DNA from: Catajapyx aquilonaris
Taxonomy: Eukaryota
Length of the DNA stretch: 32,461 nucleotides
Reading direction: 5' to 3'
NCBI GenBank assembly: GCA_000934665.2
Contig: KZ538240.1
Coordinates: 62,001 to 94,461, forward strand
The notes beneath the pieces were generated by a model that had not been told where the DNA came from, did not search any database, and was given only the letters and a program-made list of their open reading frames with translations. Both the position numbers and the translations under genes were made by a program. Of this stretch, positions 24,537-32,461 are shown piece by piece; position 1 is the stretch's first letter; each line of letters starts with the position of its first letter.

Positions 24537-24719
24537 AGTACCACATTCATCACATAGATGGAACAGTACTACCACTATCAGGGTCAGGCGAGGGTTAGTG
24601 GTACTACATGCACCTAATTGGTGCGGTCATCCAAAAGCCACACAGATGGCACTACTGGTATTGATGCCTCACCTTGAACCAACAAACGGAAAGACAGACA
24701 TAGCCTAGATTATAAAGGA
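24537..24719 (-). mobile_element. Dispersed repeat family copy 3, Helitron-like 5' end
   Basis: Shares AGTGGTACTACATGCACCTA and ACAGATG.CACTAC.GG with copy 1, and GGTGCGGTCA.CCAAAAGCCA with copy 2. The minus strand begins A|TCCTTTATAATCTAGGCTATGTCTGTC. Confidence 0.65.
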
Positions 24720-24726
24720 TGACCAC

Positions 24727-24960
24727 TTTCATAACGGGACGTGACGTACGACGACGTTTCATAACGGGACGTGACGAATGATGACGTTTCATAAAGGGAC
24801 GTGACGTACAATAACGCTTCATAAAGTGACGTGACGTACGATGACGTTTCATAAAGCACCAATCAGAGGCACGGATACTTGAAGTTCATTGGGCGGCAGG
24901 GAGAGGTTCGTGCTTCTGATTGGTGCTTTATATGAAACGTCATCATACGTCACGTCTCTT
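24727..24960. mobile_element. Fold-back element whose left arm is amplified as a 30-bp tandem repeat x4
   Basis: TTTCATAA.GGGACGTGACGTACGA.GACG at 24727, 24757, 24787 and 24817. GACGTGACGTACGATGACGTTTCATAAAGCACCAATCAGAGGCACG is inverted at about 24910-24956. Confidence 0.75.
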
Positions 24961-25096
24961 TTCAGAGAAAGTGTGGTTATTACTGTATCGTCTGTATGTG
25001 TGATCCTCTAACCCGCTAACTGCTTTACGGTCAGAGATAAGCTTCTGTTACCAATATTTAGCACAAATCGGCTAATATTAGCAGCTACTTTTAGTA

Positions 25097-25311
25097 AGGT
25101 GAAGTGGGGTAAGTGCATACACGGGGTAAGTGCATACACGGGCCGCCATATTGGAATGAAAATGGCTGACGACACCAAAACACGTCCGGGGATGTTATGT
25201 GCAGCTACGCAAAGAGTGCCTGACGCGTTTTGGTGTCGTCAGCCATTTTTATTCCAATATGGCGGCCCATGTATGCACTTACCCCGTGTATGCACTTACC
25301 TCACTTCAGCT
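25097..25311. mobile_element. Fold-back MITE (215 bp) with TA duplication, Tc1/mariner/pogo-type
   Basis: TA|AGGTGAAGTGGGGTAAGTGCATACAC(GGGGTAAGTGCATACAC)..~90-bp arms..GTGTATGCACTTACCTCACTTCAGCT|TA. Each arm carries two 17-bp subterminal direct repeats. Confidence 0.9.
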
Positions 25312-25790
25312 TATTTATTTTTATTAGCTGGAAATATTTGGTCGTCATAACTTATTTTCAAGATAATATTGGGTACACAACTTAATACGCTTGATAACCG
25401 ACAAAATAACTGCTTAAAATAAACTGCTCAGTAAAATGCAGTTTATTTTAAGAAACTACCTTTAGCAGTTATTTTTATTAGTTGCAAATGTGTGGCAGAC
25501 ATGACGTATTTTCAAGCTAATATTGGGCACACAACCTATTACTTCTGATAATAATCGCCCAAAATAGCAGCTGTTTAATAAATAAACAGCTTAGTGTAAG
25601 TAAGTTTATTTTAAGCAGCTGCTTTTATTAGTTGTTTTATTAGCTGCAAATATTTGTGCAGCATAACCTATTTATAAGCTAATATTGGGTATACGAAGCC
25701 TAATACTTTTGATAACCGCCAAAAATAGCTTCTTAAAAACAGATGAGTACAAGGTTGCTAATTTGAAGTAGACTCTACTTTTAGCAGTTA

Positions 25791-25948
25791 TTTTTTTGTA
25801 ATACCCCGTGATAGGGCCAGGGGCCATCTTAGCGGGGAAGGGGAGGCTCCCTTAGCAAGGGCGCTCTTAATTAGTTTTGAGCCATTTCTTACCCTCTTGA
25901 ATACCAGACCTTTTCTCTTGGCCCTTGGCAGAGAAGGGAGTGCAAGTC
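25791..25948 (-). mobile_element. 5'-truncated SINE sharing the central domain of the 5488-5839 SINE but with a different 3' tail
   Basis: The reverse complement TTGCACTCCCTTCTCTGCCAAGGGCCAAGAGAAAAGGTCTGGTATTCAAGAGGGT..AGAGCGCCCT..CTCCCCTTCC aligns to 5619-5727. It has an A7 tail and a 13-bp TSD CTTTTAGCAGTTA (25778-25790, 25949-25961). Confidence 0.88.
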
Positions 25949-27789
25949 CTTTTAGCAGTTAGTTTATTAGCTGGAAATGTTTGCCCGATATATAACCAGT
26001 TTTCAAACTAATATTGGGTACGAAGCCTAATACTTTTGATAAACGCTAAGAGTTGCTGATAAGTGACAAACCTGGCCTAACATTACTGTTGATAAATGAT
26101 TCATTATTTTGACTTCTAGTTAATAGCTGGTGCAAACTAATTTTTCCCCCAGCCGCTCAATCGACTGTTTAATACCTAACTAATTCCGATCAAGATCAGG
26201 GAGGCCAACAGGTCGCTCTTATACAGTCGTGCCAACCAACTCTCTCTCTCTCTCTCTCACTCTCGAGGGAGCATATATTTGTTTGTGGAGCCAGAGGCAC
26301 CACCACCACCACCACGCCTTGCAGAGTTTGGTGCCAGTTGTCGCGACAATAGTGAATCGTAAAAGTGGATTGAGAGACTCTCCCCGGGTGTTCATGAAAC
26401 CCTGTTGCTTTTACCCCCTCTCGCCCCCACACCCCTTCTCTCTCTCTAGCCAAGGAGTCAATAATGCCACGCTATTTGCCAGGGGAGATAAGCCTGACAA
26501 CTCTGGATCCGTATCAAACAAGCCAAGTTTGGCTCCTGCAGGTTGGCATCCTGGAGGAGAACCAGCAGCAACAATCGAGAATAGAAATGTGGCAGCCATT
26601 TTTGGAAGACGCTGACCAGCAGCCATGACACTTGAGGGCAAAAGTAAGGAGATAATTAATTATCACTAATGAAATTTACACTTGATATACATTTGCATAT
26701 ATTTTAAAATATTGAATTTATCATTACAACTTTGAACAATTTTTACATTTTATTAGTTATACAGTAAATTAATATATTAAAATTCTATGTACATTTTAAA
26801 ATTTACAGGATACATATTTTAAAGTATTACTGAAATTTGAAAATTCTGATATTTCATTTTTAATATAAAATTGTAATATTAAAAATAAAATTGGAAATAA
26901 AATTTTTATTTGTAAGATTTTTATTTTAAATTTTTAAATGCTTAAATTTTATTTTATTTTCAAAATTCCAAATACTGTTTGGATTTATGACATTTTGAAC
27001 AATTTTAGTCTTTTTTTACATTTTTCATTACTCTAATCGCCTTTATATTATTCATTAAGAACTCTGGACGTCATGACACTTAAGGGCAAAAGTATTATTT
27101 ACCCTTTTCCAATTTTTTGTTTGTTTCAGTTTTTACATTACTCGGGATTAACTTATTCTTAAGCGAATTGGCGGCCATGACAGTTCAGGTCATGCTTCTT
27201 AACCACATACAGGGCAACTCTGACCTGATATATGTACGCTCCACATGAGGACATAAACCTTGTAATTACAGGCGACAATTGGTCCCGTAAAAAGACGGGC
27301 GTTGGCCGCAAATTAATCAAATCATAACCACAAAATTGAACGCTATGTAATGCGACGATAATAATCTGATAATTATGTTCCGGCGTGTCAATAATGACGC
27401 TCCTTAAAGTGCATACGTCGCAATCAAATTGTTAATACTGGTCCGGAGTGGGGGGTGAAGGGGAGGGGAGGGGTTGGGGGGAATGGAAGTCGTTGAATTC
27501 CCCTCCCCTCTCCCCTTCCCCTTCCACCCCCTGCCCGAAACAAGACCCATAATTTCCGCATTTAAATGACTGCTTTAACTCTCGACTGCTATTTAGCCGG
27601 AATTAATGTCTCTTAAGGCTATAGAGTCCTGCTACTATAGATGGTTATAAAGTTATCTTAGCTGCTATAAAACGCCACGATTTTCATCCAGAATTAACTG
27701 TTATTAATAGCCAATATTGCTGGAATGCTGGTTAATATTGGATGTTGAATAGCTATAGTGGAGTACAGGGTGGTCCAGAAATTGTATGA

Positions 27790-28245
27790 TACAACATTAC
27801 ACATTATGTTAAACACGATGTGCTATTAAACAATAAGTTAAAAAGTTTTAAACGCTACGTGATATTAAACGTTACATTAAGCGTGACATTAGACGTGACG
27901 ATAAGCATTCCGTGATATGAAAACGTTACATTAAACGTTACACCAATAACGTGACGTGATGTTAAACGTTACACTAAACGTGACTGATGTTAAACGTTAC
28001 ATTTAACGTGACTGATGTTAAACGTTACACTTAACGTGACGTGATGTTAAACGTTACAACATTAATATGATGTGATGCTAAATGTTATATTAAACGTTGC
28101 TTTAAACGTTACATTAAACGCTACGGTTTGTTAAACTTTACATTAAACGTGACATGATGTTAAAAAATACGTTAAGCGTGACATTAGACGTGACGTGATA
28201 TTAAGCGTGACATTAAGCGTAACATGACATTAAAAGTGACGTTAA
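27790..28245. repeat. ACGT-rich degenerate minisatellite (12-bp-based units)
   Basis: Recurrent TTAAACGTTACA and TTAAACGTGAC(GTGATG) units. Confidence 0.9.
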
Positions 28246-28973
28246 CCATCTCCTGAAAAGTTAGACCGCATTTCCCTGACATTTTGACCTCTCCAGAAGC
28301 AAAATAATGTGAAGTAGTTTAGGTATCGGTATCGATTTGGGGAGTGGCTCGTAATCGACAAATGGTAAGTGTTGCTTCCTCCAGCAACCCAGCTAAAACG
28401 AGTTTTCAACACGGGATTCCCCAAACCCCGCAGGCCTCGCCATTTGCCCTGACGTGTTTGTTGGCAGAGGCTTGCTTGGAAAATGACGGTGGTTTTGCCT
28501 CTCCGATTGTTGATGGCTTGTAAGAAAACGGTTGGCCCTTATTAGGGGGGTGCTACTCTCCAAGGCCGCAAATGGATCGAGTTGAAGGCAGAGGAAAACC
28601 CTGCAGACATTCGTCTTGTAAACTCCCCATGTTTTGAGTTTACCAAAAACTAGTCCTGTCTCTAGTAGAAACTATCATCGATTTTCCTCTGCGGTAGAAT
28701 AATCCTAGAGAGTGACCCCGTGGCCCTTTTTAGTATAGTTGAGCAACTTCCCTTCCCCACCACCCCCACCTCTGAACACCGGAGTTCACATAAGTCAAGT
28801 AGGTTGCATCAGGCCGGAGCTTTTGACATAACCGGAGATTGCGTTCAGACCCACTGCTCCCAATTGTTTCTGATGTAACCATCTCTTTACGGTTTAATAA
28901 TTCCTGGACTTAAAGTAGAGGCTTGCTTTAACTGGAGGTTCAAATGGCAGAAAGTACAGAAACCGCGGAAGTG

Positions 28974-29451
28974 AAGACACCCTGTATACCACACGGAAAG
29001 TAGTACAGGAACCAAAATTGGATGGCAGATGCACTTGGCGACACGATGCCGATACAGAGTGTCGCAAAGACAATATCAGCAACGTTAAACGAACAGGAGT
29101 CATATCTTTGACCCACGCTCTCGGCGTCCCATGTTACATACAGTCAGTTAAACGAAAGAACGATCTGACGTCACGGTCATCCCTGCCCCCCCACCAGTCT
29201 CCGAATTGCTCTGAAAGCGTACTACTGCGCATGCTCAGAAAACACGGCTGACGTCAGATCTTTGTTTCGTTTAACAGACTGTATGTTACATTGGACGCCG
29301 AGAGGGAGGGGGGTCAAAGATATGACTCCTATTCGCTTATCGTTGCTGATATTGGCTTTGCGACACTCAGTATCGGCATCGTGTCGCCAAGTGCACCTAC
29401 CAGCCAATTTTGGTTCGTGTACGACTGTCCGTGTGGTATACAGGGTGTCTT
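28974..29451. mobile_element. Large fold-back MITE, ~200-bp arms; superfamily uncertain (Kolobok-like if TTAA target)
   Basis: Arms 28974-29173 and 29249-29451 are inverted copies (AAGACACCCTGTATACCACACGG / CCGTGTGGTATACAGGGTGTCTT) around a 75-bp spacer. The right end is TTAA and the left is TGAA. Confidence 0.9.
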
Positions 29452-30355
29452 AATGTAATGTTTCGCCGGTTTCACGTGATTTGCCAACCTTGTTTGGATT
29501 CCAATTATTGTTTACAAACACAAGTTGGGGCGCCATTTTTGGCAGGATTCGATTGTTGGAATGGTCCTAATTTCACACTGTCAACTCTTTTTTTTTGATG
29601 GCTTAATGGCGGACATTATCGGGGACAAAAAGTTGTGGACATCAGTTGCTGACTTGGACTGGCACCTGCTGCTCTTAAAATGTCTCCAGATGTCGGGTGA
29701 GCTGACCTTACGAAAAATGCCGAAGGATATTATCGACCAGGCCTGTTCGAGTGCTGAGTTTGGGGAGAGGCGGGGTAGGTAGAAAGTAGTAGAGAGGGAG
29801 AGAGAGAGAGAAAAAATAGACTGACTCTATTCTCGGGTACTTCCAACAAAAGAGTGGATGCGGGCTTCCCAAGTCCATCCAGTTGGAAAGATTCCTCTGG
29901 GGGTCGACCGAGATGAAAATGGTGGGAGGAGGAGGGGGGGAGAAGAAGCCCGTATATTTTCTAACCCCTTCTTAGGACCGGTTCTTTCCAAGAAAAGGCA
30001 GGGCTCGAGGTAAATCCGGTAAACGACTGGAAGCATGTTTGCAGGATAAACCTGCTCATGACATGATTTGACAACGTGTTTAGGGGGCATATATCCCTGG
30101 CTGATTCAGCATATCATCCATAGATGGCACCACTTTACCTTCCGGTTGGCATTCCGGCCGTCAGATGGAGCCATTGAATCATAGAAGTATTAATTTTAGC
30201 CACCAGATGGCGCTGGCGACACCAGAGCTTACCGGTACAGATTCTGGCCAATAGATGACGCCATTTCACTTTACAAGTTCGAATTTTAGTCACTAGATGG
30301 CACCAGTGACACTAGAGACGAGCAATTCAGATTCCGGCGGGTAGATGGCGACACT

Positions 30356-30682
30356 TAAGTAGTGTGAATTTTCGGAGTACCACGCAAGTCCGGATATAGT
30401 AGACCTTTTTACGGGTACACTACAGATATAGTAGACCAGAGTCCCACGTCAGATGATCCCTGACGTTATTTTAACGACCTTTAACGTTAATTTCATGTCA
30501 AGAAGTGTAACGACTATTGCACCATTGAGACGATAGTTTGACGTGAAATTGACGTAAAAGTCCTTAAAATAACGTCAGGGATCATCTGGCGTGGGACTCT
30601 GGTCTACTATATCTGTAGTGTACCCGTAAAAAGGTCTACTATATCCGGACTTGCGTGGTACTCCGAAAATTCCCACTACTTA
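30356..30682. mobile_element. Young fold-back MITE (~150-bp arms) inserted in the 90-bp array
   Basis: TAAGTAGTG(T/G)GAATTTTCGGAGTACCACGCAAGTCCGGATATAGTAGACC.. is almost perfectly inverted at the right end and bounded by TA at both ends. Removing it restores the 42-bp spacing of the array to within 1 bp. Confidence 0.92.
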
Positions 30683-30990
30683 TCCACCCATTCAAATTAC
30701 AATCACAAAGATAGCGCTGGAGACACCATCTCATAACAGCTCAGATTCCAGCCACTAGTTGGCGACACTAGCTCCTACAAGTTCTAATTCCTGTCACTAG
30801 ATGGCACTGTCTACACAACCGCCTACCAGTTCAGACTCCAGCCACTAGATGGCTTCACCAGCTCTTACAAGTTCAAATGCTAGTCACTAGCTGGCGCTAG
30901 TGACAGTAGAGTCTACCAGTTCAGATTCTGGCCACTAGATGACGACACTTGCTCCTACATGTGCGAATTCCAGTCACTAGATGCCTCTGG

Positions 30991-31359
30991 CAGGGAGCAT
31001 AATTATACGGTACTACATAAGAGGCGCAAACATTCGATTTCCGCGTCTCTCTATTTGGGGGGTTGCCAAGGCTGGCGGCCATGTTGAAGTGTGGGGAACG
31101 CCAACGAGGTAGGGTACAGGCAAAAATAGGGTCCCCATCTTTGATTCGCGCGTGTTCTTGCCGTGTAGTTGCCATGGCCGCCAAAAGCATCAAAGATGGC
31201 GGACCCTATTTTTGCCTGTACCCTAGTTATACCTCGTTGGCGTTCCCCACACTTCAAGATGGCCGCCAGCCTTGGCAACGGCCCCAAACAGAGAGACGCG
31301 AACATCAAAGGCGCCGACAAAAGTTTGCGCCTCTTATGTACTGTAGTATATGCTCCCTG
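30991..31359. mobile_element. Fold-back MITE (369 bp), CA..TG termini with 7-bp TSD (P-element-like; alternatively 9-bp TSD, MULE-like)
   Basis: CCTCTGG|CAGGGAGCATA...TATGCTCCCTG|CCTCTGG with ~150-bp arms. The empty site CACTAGATGCCTCTGGCGACAGTGGAGTCT is present at 31531-31560, and removal restores the 48-bp spacing exactly. Confidence 0.92.
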
Positions 31360-32325
31360 CCTCTGGCGACAGTGGAGTCTACCAGTTCAGATTCCGGCCA
31401 CTAGATGGCTCCACCAGCTCTCACAAGTTCAAAGGCTAGTCACGAGATGGTGCTAATGACAGTATAGTCTATCTGTTCAAATTCCGGCCACTAGATGACA
31501 ACACAAGCTCCTTCATATTCTAATTCCAGTCACTAGATGCCTCTGGCGACAGTGGAGTCTACCAGTTAAGATTCCGGCCACTATCACTAGATGGCGACAC
31601 TAGGTCTTACAAGTTAAGATTCCGGCCCCTATCACTAGATGGCGACACTAGGTCTTACAAGTTAAGATTCCGGCCACTAGATGCCGCCACTATCAGTTTT
31701 AAAAAACGTTTTCTAACCAATCAAAGAGCAGGTTTGATAGATAGCGCGACCCACACACATGTTGTCACCAGATGGCTTCACCTGACAACACTGTTGTTTT
31801 GCTCCGAAAAAAAAAAAATCAGTCCGGGTGACATCCGCCTAAAAAGGGTCGGTATTTTGCACATTTTGCACCGTTTTGCATAATATATGCTCGCCGGCTG
31901 CGTTTTATAAAGCGAATTAGCAAGTGCGTTTGCACGTGAAGAGTCGAATGCACTCTCGCTTTCCCCCCACAAAAAAACAACCCAAATGTAATAACAAGTG
32001 CGCCGGAATTGTATTTTTACTCGTTATTTGTAATGGCAGACAGGGTGGGTGGGTGGGTAATGCTCTCAACCCCACCCCCCACCCCTCTTGGTTGTTATTG
32101 AAGTAACGGTATAGCAAACAGTGCAAAAATCTGGTTTGGGATGAGGGCCGTTTTGCAGTGCGATTGTTGTAACCTGTAGTGTCGCAACTGCGAAGCACAC
32201 GGCCCCTTTATGGCTGCCCGAGATGAAATATGCAGCCTGTTGATTAAGCCATACACTCTTGGGCCTGACAATAACACAGCGCGTGCGGAACACTTTCAGA
32301 ATTTCAGAAGGTTACGGTATTTTCA

Positions 32326-32461
32326 GGGGGGGTTCACACGGTATTGGTCGTTGTCGGTCAGCCAATCAACACTGGTCACACCCAAATCCGCCTTTATACG
32401 TTCACACATGAGTCGTTGTCGATTGTCGTTGTCTTTGGTCTTTGGTCGCCGACAGTTATTA
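32326..32461. mobile_element. Possible left end of a PIF/Harbinger-like MITE running out of the window
   Basis: GGGGGGGTTCACACGG start, a second GTTCACAC and repeated GTCGTTGTC/TTGGTC motifs. The partner TIR is not visible. Confidence 0.3.

Larger units (their letters stand above)
25060..26050. repeat. ~155-170-bp degenerate satellite interrupted by a MITE and a SINE fragment
   Basis: TTATTAGCTG.AAAT.TTTG..CATAAC.TATTTTCAAGCTAATATTGGG.AC recurs at about 25321, 25475, 25636 and 25964. Confidence 0.85.
30115..31780 (+). repeat. 90-bp (42+48) dimeric tandem repeat, each monomer carrying a CTCF-like (C/T)CACTAGATGGCG motif
   Basis: AG(ATGG) cores at 30122, 30163, 30205, 30253, 30295, 30343, 30709, 30757, 30799, 30847, 30889, 30937, 30979, 31403, 31445, 31493, 31535, 31589, 31637 and 31679, plus an outlier at 31770. 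Confidence 0.9.

Noticed and set aside
24205..24708. 167-aa ORF
   Set aside because: The C-terminal third lies in the dispersed repeat, the start is non-ATG, and no homology is recognised.
9307..27780. Solo CAGGGTG mariner-like termini near 9308, 21878 and 27767
   Set aside because: No partner TIR found, and the matches are too short to call elements.
28894..29453. Pairs of similar ORFs on opposite strands (also 30921-31404)
   Set aside because: These are mirror translations of MITE inverted arms, not paralogous genes.

Overview
Non-coding animal DNA, most likely intronic or intergenic sequence from a bilaterian invertebrate (the taxon cannot be fixed from the sequence). I recognise no protein-coding gene, functional tRNA/rRNA or CRISPR array, and the ORF track is almost entirely chance or low-complexity ORFs. 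One weak candidate exon lies at 13274-13420 (-). The window alternates about 20 times between GC-richer unique 'islands' (0.3-1.5 kb) and AT-rich or tandem-repeat 'spacers', most spacers being built from a different repeat. Well-supported insertions are a tRNA-Gly-derived SINE and a 5'-truncated relative with a different tail (both with 13-bp TSDs), two complete non-autonomous Helitrons, a three-copy Helitron-like family, and six to seven fold-back MITEs. Several of these can be confirmed from empty sites inside the window. The most notable observations are a ~1.6-kb array of ~20 co-oriented CTCF-like motifs in a strict 42/48-bp register, a 16-bp-period array of RFX X-boxes, SINE tail swapping, and the kilobase-scale periodic architecture. 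All functional readings are inference from motifs read by eye.
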